A DNA stretch of 47,060 bases, from assembly GCA_964597525.1 (NCBI GenBank), contig CAZQXP010000001.1, positions 1-47,060 on the forward strand, given 5' to 3'. Numbering within the stretch: position 1 is the stretch's first letter; every line of letters starts with the position of its first letter. Origin of the DNA: an uncultured Thermotogaceae bacterium (GTDB lineage Bacteria > Bipolaricaulota > Bipolaricaulia > Bipolaricaulales > Bipolaricaulaceae). Of the stretch, positions 8,946 to 16,681 are shown in pieces. The position numbers were made by a program, and so were the translations under genes. The notes beneath the pieces were generated by a model. It saw only the letters and a program-made list of their open reading frames with translations. It searched no databases and was not told the DNA's origin.

Positions 8946-10125
8946 GGGAATCTATTTGCGCGCCCCTGCTTTTTAGGAAAAGCCTAGCCACCTCTTCGTC
9001 GATCTCCCGCGGCACCGGATAGACCCGCGGAGCGAGCTTCTTCCCTTCCCGCGAAAGCCAAAGCAAGGAAAGAAGCTGCAGGGAGAAGGAAAGGTCCATG
9101 ATTTCCGCAGGATGGCCATCGCCCGCCACAAGGTTCACCAGCCGCCCTTTGGCCAAAAGGTACACGCGTTTTCCGTTCGCTAACGAAATCTCCTCTACGT
9201 GCTCCCGCACCCGCCTTCCCTGAGCCCGTGCGTAGAGGGACCGAACATCGATTTCCACATCGAAATGACCGGCATTTGCCAAAATGCAGCCATCTTTAGC
9301 TTCGAGGATGTCCTCGTACGTGACGGCGTCGATACATCCGGTAGCGGTAACCACAAAATCCGCTTCCTTAATGGCTTCCCTCACCGGAGCGACTTGAAAG
9401 CCCTCAAGAAGGGCTTCCGCAGCCTTCACAGGGTCTACTTCCGCGACGATTACGCGGGCGCCTAAACCGCGGGCGCGTTGGGCAATGCCTTTTCCGCACC
9501 AGCCAAAACCCACCACAAGAACAGTCTTTCCTGCCACGAGGAGGTTCGTGGCCCGCATAATGGCATCCCACACGGACTGCCCCGTTCCGTAGCGGTTATC
9601 AAAAAGGGATTTCATTTGCGCGTCGTTTACGGCCACGGCAGGAAAACGCAATCTCCCTTCGCGTTCAAGCTTTTTTAAGCGGATCACCCCTGTCGTGGTC
9701 TCCTCGCACACGCCCAGGGTGTCCTGGCCCAACTCCCAGGCTTCTCCGTGGAGGAGGTAGGAAAGGTCGCCACCGTCATCCAAAACAAGATGGGGTCGGA
9801 TGGAGAGAACCTTAAGGAGGAACGCGTGGTATTCCTCCTCTGTGGCCTCGCCGCGGGCGAATACGGGCATTTCCTCGGAGAGGGCTTGGACCACATCGTC
9901 CTTAGCCGAAAGGGGGTTGGAGCTTGTGACTGCCACCTCCGCGCCTAAGGCCTTGAGGGCCAGGGCGAGTCTAGCGGTCTTGGCCTCCAGGTGAATGGCC
10001 ATGGCCACCCTTTTCCCCAACAGGGGTTTTTCTTTGGCGTAGCGGTCCTCCAAGAGCGCCAAGATCGGCATATGATCCCGCACCCACCGGATCTTTTCCC
10101 ATCCCCGTTCCTTAAGATCGCTCAT
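8908..10125 (-). CDS. ahcY: Adenosylhomocysteinase
   Basis: 405 aa. Full-length resemblance: MPIL...HLEAKTA...SSNPLSAKDDV, CEETTTGV, NAD site VVGFGWCGKGIA, GHFDVEID. Confidence 0.95.
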   Translation of the reverse strand: MSDLKERGWEKIRWVRDHMPILALLEDRYAKEKPLLGKRVAMAIHLEAKTARLALALKALGAEVAVTSSNPLSAKDDVVQALSEEMPVFARGEATEEEYHAFLLKVLSIRPHLVLDDGGDLSYLLHGEAWELGQDTLGVCEETTTGVIRLKKLEREGRLRFPAVAVNDAQMKSLFDNRYGTGQSVWDAIMRATNLLVAGKTVLVVGFGWCGKGIAQRARGLGARVIVAEVDPVKAAEALLEGFQVAPVREAIKEADFVVTATGCIDAVTYEDILEAKDGCILANAGHFDVEIDVRSLYARAQGRRVREHVEEISLANGKRVYLLAKGRLVNLVAGDGHPAEIMDLSFSLQLLSLLWLSREGKKLAPRVYPVPREIDEEVARLFLKSRGAQIDSLTPTQKNYLGLE

Positions 10126-10979
10126 GGCAGAGGGATCTTAGCCGAGCGGGAAAAGGCGCGCAGACCCCAAAGTATGCCAAAAAGGAGAAGAACGATCCCC
10201 AAACCTTGGGTCGTCCCAATTCGCTCACCGAAGAGGAGGAAAGCCCAAAGGGAGGCGCCGATGGGCTCGCCGAGGATGCTTATGGCTACAGCGGAAGCGG
10301 GGAAGCGCCGCAACGCCCAGTTCACTGCGGTATGCCCCAAAACCTGAGGGACAAGGCCCAAAAGGAAAAGCCAGATCCAGTCTTCCTTTGGTGGAAGAAC
10401 CTGGCCAAAGGCGAAGGCTAAGGGGAAAAGACAAAAAGCAGCCACAAAGTAGGTGAGGGAAACGTAGGGGATAAACGGGATCTTTTCCCGAGCTCGGCGG
10501 CCCAAAATAAGGTACCCAGAGGCGGCTACTGCACCCAAAAGGGCAAGAAGATCGCCCCACAGGGCTTCCTCTCCCAAGCGCAGGTCCCCTAGCCCGATGA
10601 GGCCTACGCCCAGGAGGGCCAATCCCACACCCAGCCAAAAATTTCTGGGAGCGCGTTCCCCCAAAAGCCAGGAGAAAAGGCCCACGAAAAGAGGGTTCGT
10701 GGTCACCAGAACCACGGAACTTGCCACGGAGGTAAGCCGCAAGGATTGGATCCAGAACGCAAAATGGGCGGCAAGGAAAAATCCGGCTACTCCTGCGTAA
10801 AGAGCCTCCTTTCGCTTCCAGCCTCTCCCGCCGAAAGGAAGGAGGAGCAAGGCCGCGATCCCCACGCGCCAGGCAGCCACCGTCAAAGCCGGAGCAGAGG
10901 TGAGGCGGATCAGCGGCCCGCCCCAGGAGATGGCAAGGACGCCCAAAACCAGAACGAGCCAATCCCTGCCCTTCCGCAC
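10122..10979 (-). CDS. DMT superfamily (EamA-type) transporter
   Basis: 285 aa with about 10 hydrophobic segments arranged as two EamA-like halves. 4-nt overlap with the ahcY start. Confidence 0.75.
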   Translation of the reverse strand: MRKGRDWLVLVLGVLAISWGGPLIRLTSAPALTVAAWRVGIAALLLLPFGGRGWKRKEALYAGVAGFFLAAHFAFWIQSLRLTSVASSVVLVTTNPLFVGLFSWLLGERAPRNFWLGVGLALLGVGLIGLGDLRLGEEALWGDLLALLGAVAASGYLILGRRAREKIPFIPYVSLTYFVAAFCLFPLAFAFGQVLPPKEDWIWLFLLGLVPQVLGHTAVNWALRRFPASAVAISILGEPIGASLWAFLLFGERIGTTQGLGIVLLLFGILWGLRAFSRSAKIPLP

Positions 10980-10996
10980 GGGTTCCCCTTAAAAGA

Positions 10997-11036
10997 AAAA
11001 GCTCCGGCCGAAAGATAGGGATGGACCGGAGCTTTT
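10997..11036 (-). terminator. Possible rho-independent terminator downstream of the ferredoxin gene
   Basis: Inverted repeat AAAAGCTCCGG / CCGGAGCTTTT. On the minus strand it is followed by TTTTTCTTTT. The loop is large (~18 nt), so the call is weak. Confidence 0.4.
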
Positions 11037-11053
11037 CGGGGCGGAGGAGGGCG

Positions 11054-11233
11054 CTAGCGGCTTATTGCCCCCACCGGGCACTGGTCGATGGCCTCATCCA
11101 CGCAGGGGAGCGTCTCGTCTGCACCCTTGATGACATGGGAATACCCATCGTCTCCGATCTCAAAGACCTCCGGACAAATTTGGGCGCAAAGCCCGCAACC
11201 CGTACACAAATCGTGATCCACCTTCAGGGCCAT
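11054..11233 (-). CDS. Mono-cluster [4Fe-4S] ferredoxin (Pyrococcus/Thermotoga type), 59 aa
   Basis: Translated by hand from the minus strand, not in the ORF track: MALKVDHDLCTGCGLCAQICPEVFEIGDDGYSHVIKGADETLPCVDEAIDQCPVGAISR. CxxCxxC...CP ligand pattern plus a second Cys pair. Strong RBS AAAGGAGGTGTC before the ATG. Confidence 0.8.
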   Translation of the reverse strand: MALKVDHDLCTGCGLCAQICPEVFEIGDDGYSHVIKGADETLPCVDEAIDQCPVGAISR

Positions 11234-11340
11234 GACACCTCCTTTAGCGTGGCCTGACTATAGCACGGCTTCTCCTCCTAGTCCACGGTGGCCAAGGGAA
11301 GGGAAACCGGCTAAAGTTGCAGGACCTAAGGGAGGTGCAC

Positions 11341-12174
11341 ATGAAAAGGCTTGGGTTAATCGCGGTTTTGGTGGTCGGCCTTTGGGGATTTGCTCAGGTA
11401 ACGGAGTTGGTGAGCCAAGCGGACGCCCTTTTCCAGGAGGTTTGGCTTTCTCCCTACACGCCCACTACGGCCGCAGAGCTTCGGGGAAAACTCGAGCAGG
11501 CCATCGAGCTTTATCTGCGAGCCTTGACGCTCGATCCTCAGAACACCCACATCTTGGACATGCTCGCCCGCTCCTACTACACGTTGGCGGATATTTTCCT
11601 TCCCGCGCGCGAAAAGCAAGAAACTCACGAAAAGGGCCAGCAATACGGCGAGCGCTCCCTGCGGGCCCATGAGGAGTTCGTGAGGGTGGAGAAGGAAAAA
11701 GGGTTTGTGGAGGCGGTGTACACCTCTACGGATATTGAAGCGCTCTACTGGACTTACGCCAACTGGGCGAGGAAAGTGGAGCTGGGCGGGGCATTTGGGC
11801 TCATCGCTGCCGCCCTCCGAGGGGACGATAAAAAACTCAACGCCCTTATGAGCCGGTGCATGGAGCTCGATCGGAATTACCTTGCCGGTGGCCCGCTTCG
11901 GGCCCTAGCCGGCTACCACGCGAAACACCCCTTCAGCAAGGACTACGAAAAGGCCCGGGAACTCCTCCAGGAGGCTATGGAAAACCATGGCGAGTACCTG
12001 GAGAACCTCCTCTTTTACGTGCAGTACTATCTTATGCCAAAGGAGCTTTGGTCGGAGGCCAAAGCTGTGCTGGAGAAGATCCTTGCTTCGCCCATTGAGC
12101 CCTATCCCCTCATGAATAGCTATTGCCAACTCAAAGCAGCTCAACTTCTTTTGGAGGTGCAGTCGAAGCTTTGA
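11341..12174 (+). CDS. TatT-like TPR protein (TRAP-transporter TatT component family), lipoprotein or secreted
   Basis: ATG at 11341 after GGGAGG. Signal-like MKRLGLIAVLVVGLWGFA. ALYWTYANWARK and ELDRNYLAGGPLRALAGYH blocks resemble the TatT family. No TRAP permease genes nearby. Confidence 0.5.
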   Translation: MKRLGLIAVLVVGLWGFAQVTELVSQADALFQEVWLSPYTPTTAAELRGKLEQAIELYLRALTLDPQNTHILDMLARSYYTLADIFLPAREKQETHEKGQQYGERSLRAHEEFVRVEKEKGFVEAVYTSTDIEALYWTYANWARKVELGGAFGLIAAALRGDDKKLNALMSRCMELDRNYLAGGPLRALAGYHAKHPFSKDYEKARELLQEAMENHGEYLENLLFYVQYYLMPKELWSEAKAVLEKILASPIEPYPLMNSYCQLKAAQLLLEVQSKL

Positions 12175-12184
12175 GGGAGGGGAT

Positions 12185-13423
12185 ATGCCCGCACTCCTCG
12201 TGATCCTCGATGGACTGGGCGGCCGGCCCACGGATTTTCCCCAAGGGGTGACTTGCCTGGAGCGCGCGGCGCACCCGAACCTGGATGAGCTTGCCGCCCA
12301 AGGGGCCCTCGGGCTTATGGACCCCATTGCGCCCGGGATCCGGCCCGGCTCGGACACCGCCCACCTCTCCATTTTCGGTTATGACCCCTTCAAGGTTTAC
12401 ACCGGCCGCGGTGCCTTCGAAGTTTTGGGAATTGGAATGGAGGTCCGCGGCGGCGACGTTTGCTTTCGCGCCAATTTCGCCACTGTCGAGGAACGAAACG
12501 GCCAATTCATCGTGTTGGATCGCCGCGCCGGAAGGCTCGAGGAGGGGAAGCTCCTGGAGGAGGCGGTGAACTCCGTGTCCCTGCGGGATTTTGGGGTGGA
12601 ATTCTTCTTCCGCGCTTCCACAGAACACCGCGGCGCCCTTGTCCTCCGAGGAGAAAACCTTTCCGCCGCCGTCTCCGATACCGATCCCCACGAAATCGGA
12701 GTTCCCGTGGCTGAAGCGAAGCCCTTGGAGGAAACCCCTGCCGCAAAGAGGACGGCGGAGATCCTGAACGCTTTTACCCGCCGCGTCCACGAGGCCCTGC
12801 GGGACCACCCGGTGAACAAGAAGCGAAAGGAAGAGGGGAAACTTCCGGGGAATGCCCTTCTGCTTCGCGGCGCGGCGGTGATGCCCCACTTGGAGCCCGT
12901 AACCGAGGCGTATGGAATCCGCGCGGCCTGTATTGCCGGTGGCGCCCTCTATAAGGGCGTGGCGAGGCTCGCGGGAATGGAGGTGCTTTCGGTCCCCGGC
13001 GCCACAGGCGATTTAAAAACTGATCTTCGGGCCAAAGCCCGGGCCGCCCTGGAAGCCCTCTCCTCTTTTGACCTCGTTTTCGTGCACATCAAAGGCACAG
13101 ACAATGCCGGCCACGATGGCGATGCCGAAGCCAAAAGAAAGTTCATCGAACGGGTGGACCGCGAGTTTTTCGGGATCGTGCTTGCGGATATCCCTAAGGA
13201 CCTGCACCTTTGCGTTTCTGGGGATCACACGACCCCTCCGGCGGTGCGGGAGCACACGGCGGATCCTGTTCCTGCCCTATTTTGGGGGCCTGCGGTGCGG
13301 CCGGATCGCGTCCGAACTTTCACGGAGCGCGCTGCCGCAGAAGGCGGCCTTGGCCGCTTCTCCGGAAGGCTCCTCCCCCAGCTCTTGGGCTACTGTGATT
13401 TTGGAGCCAAATTCGGAGCATAA
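12185..13423 (+). CDS. apgM: 2,3-bisphosphoglycerate-independent phosphoglycerate mutase, archaeal type
   Basis: 412 aa. LLVILDGLGGRP N-terminus, GSDTAHLSIFGYDP, VHIKGTDNAGHDGD and SGDHTTP metal-site motifs. Confidence 0.9.
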   Translation: MPALLVILDGLGGRPTDFPQGVTCLERAAHPNLDELAAQGALGLMDPIAPGIRPGSDTAHLSIFGYDPFKVYTGRGAFEVLGIGMEVRGGDVCFRANFATVEERNGQFIVLDRRAGRLEEGKLLEEAVNSVSLRDFGVEFFFRASTEHRGALVLRGENLSAAVSDTDPHEIGVPVAEAKPLEETPAAKRTAEILNAFTRRVHEALRDHPVNKKRKEEGKLPGNALLLRGAAVMPHLEPVTEAYGIRAACIAGGALYKGVARLAGMEVLSVPGATGDLKTDLRAKARAALEALSSFDLVFVHIKGTDNAGHDGDAEAKRKFIERVDREFFGIVLADIPKDLHLCVSGDHTTPPAVREHTADPVPALFWGPAVRPDRVRTFTERAAAEGGLGRFSGRLLPQLLGYCDFGAKFGA

Positions 13424-13424
13424 C

Positions 13425-13820
13425 ATGACCCTCAAGGAAATTGCCCGGGTGGTGGAGGCACAATTCCTCACCGGCGCAGATTTGGCCGATCGGGAGGTGC
13501 GCGCTGCCTTCGCCGCGGATCTCCTCTCCGACGTCCTCGCTATGGTGAGGGAGGAGGGCGTTCTCCTCATTACGGGAACGGTCACAGCCCAGGTGGTGCG
13601 GGTCGCGGAGGTCATGAATTTAGCTGGGGTTCTGTTCGTGCGCGGAAAACTTCCGGCGAAGGCCACGGTGGATTACGCTGCGTCCGCGGGGATCCCCCTC
13701 TTGGCCACGGAGCACCTCATGTACGAAACCTGCGGCCTTCTTTTTTCCCACGGGCTTCCTCCGGCCAAACGCAAGCGCCTGCCTGCGGAGCATGACGGTC
13801 CCCACCCCTCCCCGCCATAA
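13425..13820 (+). CDS. DRTGG domain protein
   Basis: ATG one nt after the apgM stop. MTLKEIARVVEAQFLTG...LLSDVLA...LLITGTVTAQVVRVAEVMNLAGVLFVRG matches the DRTGG domain layout. Confidence 0.7.
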   Translation: MTLKEIARVVEAQFLTGADLADREVRAAFAADLLSDVLAMVREEGVLLITGTVTAQVVRVAEVMNLAGVLFVRGKLPAKATVDYAASAGIPLLATEHLMYETCGLLFSHGLPPAKRKRLPAEHDGPHPSPP

Positions 13821-14268
13821 GGAAATCTTCACCGTGGTGGGCCTGGATCTGGAGCGGGCGGGCACGGTGTCCACGGAGGTGCAGCGGGTCCTGAGGAAGC
13901 TTGGGGTGGAGCCGGAGGTGGTGCGCCGGGCGGGGATTGTGTGCTTTGAGGGCGAGATGAACATGGTCCTTTACACCCCGGGGGGCCGCATTATCCTCCT
14001 CGTTTACGACGACCGAATCGAGCTCATCTTTTCCGACTTTGGGCCGGGTATTCCCGATGTGGAGCTTGCGCGGCAGCCTGGGTACTCCACGGCCCCGGAG
14101 TGGGCTAGAGAACCGGGGTTTGGCTCGGGAATGGGAATTCCCAATATGGAGGCCAATTCCGATCGCCTGGAAATCCGCTCCCGGGTGGGCGAGGGAACGG
14201 TGATCCGCGCCACGATCCTGAGGAGGCAAAGTGAAGCTGCGGGAGGTCGCGGAGAAACTGGGTCTTGA
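13792..14268 (+). CDS. HATPase-fold anti-sigma-factor-like Ser/Thr kinase (SpoIIAB/RsbW-like)
   Basis: 158 aa. DFGPGIPDVE...GFGSGMGIPNM...GTVIRATI corresponds to the G1/G2 ATP-lid boxes of GHKL ATPases. No HisKA domain. Confidence 0.65.
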   Translation: MTVPTPPRHKEIFTVVGLDLERAGTVSTEVQRVLRKLGVEPEVVRRAGIVCFEGEMNMVLYTPGGRIILLVYDDRIELIFSDFGPGIPDVELARQPGYSTAPEWAREPGFGSGMGIPNMEANSDRLEIRSRVGEGTVIRATILRRQSEAAGGRGETGS

Positions 14269-14563
14269 GTTTTTGGTGGCCGCGGCTCCGGAGGCCGAGG
14301 TGGAAGATGGTTACGTTTCCGACCTTCTTTCCGATGTCCTTGCGCATGCCCAACCCAAACAACTTTGGATCACCCATCAGCGTCACCTCAACGTGGTGGC
14401 CGTGGCCAAACTTCGGGAGCTAAGCGGGGTGGTATTCGCCCGGGGGATCCGGCCTGGACCGGAAGTGATTCGGAAGGCTCGCGAGGAGGGCCTGAACCTC
14501 CTTGTCTCCTCGGCCGACGCCTTCGAAACCGCGGGAAGGCTCCACCGCCTCCTTTTTCCATGA
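14231..14563 (+). CDS. DRTGG domain protein (second copy)
   Basis: GTG after GAGGAGG. VKLREVAEKLGLEFLV...YVSDLLSDVLAHA...VVAVAKLRELSGVVFARG parallels the protein encoded at 13425. Confidence 0.7.
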   Translation: MKLREVAEKLGLEFLVAAAPEAEVEDGYVSDLLSDVLAHAQPKQLWITHQRHLNVVAVAKLRELSGVVFARGIRPGPEVIRKAREEGLNLLVSSADAFETAGRLHRLLFP

Positions 14564-15325
14564 GGTGGTTTCGCGCCGACCTCCACATTCACTCCGCTCT
14601 CTCTCCCTGTGGGTCCTTGGCCATGTCCCCCCCGGCGGATCGTGGAGGAGGCGAGGAAAGCAGGGCTTTCTCTCATTGCTATCTGTGACCACAACGCCGG
14701 CGAAAACGGGGTTTACGTCCGCCGGCTCGCCCGCGATTCCCTCATAGTCCTCATGGGAATGGAAATCCAAACGAGCGAGGAGGTGGAGATCCTCGCCCTG
14801 TTTCCCGAGGAGGAGCCCTGCCTTGCCCTGCAGGAGGAGCTTTATGCCCTTCTTCCTCCGATTCCCAACGATCCGGAACTCTTTGGGGACCAGGTGGTCG
14901 TGGACGAAAACGAGGAGATCGTGCGCACCGTGGATAAGCTCCTCCTTTCGCCGGTGCCCCTTTCCCTGGAAGAGGTGATGAGGCGGGTGGAAGCCCGCGG
15001 AGGATTGGTGATCCCGGCCCATGTGGACCGCGTTCCCGGCGGGCTTTTGGGGGTCTTAGGCCTTTTCCCGCCGGGCGAATGGCCCGCGGTGGAAATCGCG
15101 CCGTGGACGGAGGTGGAGGAAGCCAAAAAGCGCTGGCCGGAGCTTCAGGGACGCCACCTTTTCCGTTCCTCCGATGCCCACTATCCCGAGGAGATTGGCC
15201 GTGCCTGGACGGAACTTTATCTTCGTGCCCCCACGTTTTCGGAACTTTTGCGAGCCATATTGGAGGGCGAGGGGCGTATAATCCGGCCCGGCCCACCCCT
15301 AAAGGAGGTCGGATGGAGCGCGTGA
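14560..15325 (+). pseudogene. PHP-domain phosphoesterase, reading frame broken by an apparent +1 frameshift in a C7 tract (14627..14633)
   Basis: Frame 1 from the ATG at 14560 gives MRWFRADLHIHSALSPCGSLAMSP (PHP motif I HxH) and terminates at 14688. Frame 2 continues RRIVEEARKAGLSLIAICDHNAG...PAHVDR...SSDAHYPEEIG to 15325. Removing one C restores a single ORF. Confidence 0.7.
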
Positions 15326-15768
15326 AAGAGCGGGTTTTGGAGCTTGTGCGCCCCTATGCGGGAAAGCCGACAGAACTTATCCAAGCCCTGCATCGCGTGC
15401 AGAACGCGTTGGGATACCTTCCCCGGGAAGCCCAGGAGATCGTGGCTGAGGCGTTGGGCGCCCCTCTTTCCCAGGTGCGGGGCGTGGTGACCTTTTACCA
15501 CTTTTTCCGCACCAAACCCGCGGGGAAGCACACAATCCGCGTGTGTTTAGGAACAGCTTGTCATGTGCGTGGTGGGGAACGCGTCCTTTCTAGCTTAAAG
15601 GAGGAGCTCGAGGTGGAAGTGGGCGAAACCTCCGCGGACGGGAAATTTACGTTGGAGGTCGCCCGGTGCCTGGGCTGCTGCGGACTTGCTCCGGTGATGA
15701 TGATCGACGAGGAGGTCTATGGCCGGCTGGACCCCAAAAAAGCCCGGGAGATCGTGCGGAAGTTCTGA
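15313..15768 (+). CDS. NuoE/HoxE/HydC-like [2Fe-2S] subunit (copy 1)
   Basis: AAGGAGG RBS. Four Cys in CLGTACHVRG...CLGCCGLAPVMMID, the thioredoxin-like 2Fe-2S motif of NuoE. Confidence 0.9.
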   Translation: MERVKERVLELVRPYAGKPTELIQALHRVQNALGYLPREAQEIVAEALGAPLSQVRGVVTFYHFFRTKPAGKHTIRVCLGTACHVRGGERVLSSLKEELEVEVGETSADGKFTLEVARCLGCCGLAPVMMIDEEVYGRLDPKKAREIVRKF

Positions 15769-16316
15769 TGGTGGAGGATTTAGCTTTTCACCTGGCAGAT
15801 TTGGTGGAAAACGCCGTGCGCGCCGGGGCCAAGAACGTGACGGTCGAGCTCATCCGGGAAGGCCGGGATTTCCTCATTCGCGTTTCCGATGATGGGGTGG
15901 GCATGGACGGGGAGACGAAGGTGCGGGCGGCGGACCCGTTTTTCACCACCAAACCCGGCCGGAGGATCGGTTTGGGGCTCGCGTTCTTGCGGCAAACCGC
16001 AGAAGAGCTCGGCGGGTCCTTCCGGCTGGAGTCCGCTTCCGGGAAAGGGACGCTTGTGGAAGCCCGCATCCCCTGGGATCATCCGGACCGGCCGCCTCTG
16101 GGCGATCTTCCCGGAACGCTCGTCCCCCTCATCGTTACTTCGTCCGTTGAATTCCGCCTTCTCTTCCGGGATGATCGGAGGGAGTGGACCCTAGATACCC
16201 AGGAGATCAAACGGGCCTTGGGAGAAGTGCCGCTTACAGATCCCGAGGTTCTTTCTTTTTTGGAGCGCGAGATCCGCGAGGGGCTTCGGGCTTTGGGCTG
16301 GAAGGAGGAGGGATGA
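15768..16316 (+). CDS. Histidine-kinase-like ATPase domain protein (no HisKA or sensor domain)
   Basis: TGATG junction with the upstream gene. N box LVENAVRAGA, G1 VSDDGVGMD, G2 GLGLAFLRQ, then GKGTLVEARIPW. Confidence 0.7.
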   Translation: MVEDLAFHLADLVENAVRAGAKNVTVELIREGRDFLIRVSDDGVGMDGETKVRAADPFFTTKPGRRIGLGLAFLRQTAEELGGSFRLESASGKGTLVEARIPWDHPDRPPLGDLPGTLVPLIVTSSVEFRLLFRDDRREWTLDTQEIKRALGEVPLTDPEVLSFLEREIREGLRALGWKEEG

Positions 16317-16681
16317 AGCTTGAGGAGCTCCGGAAGATCCGGGAGCGGGCGGAGGCGGAAATGAGGCTTCGGGCCGGCCAGGCCCGGGTGAAAATTGTGG
16401 TGGGAATGGGCACTTCCGGTATCGCCGCCGGCGCCCGCCAGGTCCTCCGCGCCATCCTCGATGAGGTGGCCCAGCGGAACCTCCGGGATGTCCTCGTCAC
16501 CCAAACCGGCGAAAAGGGCCTTTCCGCAAAAGAACCGCTCGTGGAGGTCCATGAACCCGGCAGGGTCACGATCTACGGCGACGTGGATGAGGCCACCGCC
16601 CGGAGGATCGTGGTGGAGCACGTCATCCACGGTCGAATCGTGGAGGATCACCTCGTGGAGCTGCGGGAGGTGCCGACGTGA
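16313..16681 (+). CDS. Thioredoxin-like [2Fe-2S] ferredoxin-fold protein (HydD-like) with no cysteines
   Basis: ATGA junction. VKIVVGMGTSGIAAGA...VTQTGEKGLSAKEPLVEV aligns with the N-terminal domain of the NuoF-like protein at 19750, but all four ligand Cys are replaced and the 122 aa contain no Cys. Confidence 0.7.
   Translation: MKLEELRKIRERAEAEMRLRAGQARVKIVVGMGTSGIAAGARQVLRAILDEVAQRNLRDVLVTQTGEKGLSAKEPLVEVHEPGRVTIYGDVDEATARRIVVEHVIHGRIVEDHLVELREVPT

Noticed and set aside
15768-16316. Possible classical two-component sensor histidine kinase
   Set aside because: Only the GHKL ATPase domain is present. There is no HisKA phospho-acceptor helix, sensor domain or TM segment, and no response regulator in the window. 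It is therefore annotated only as a kinase-like ATPase.
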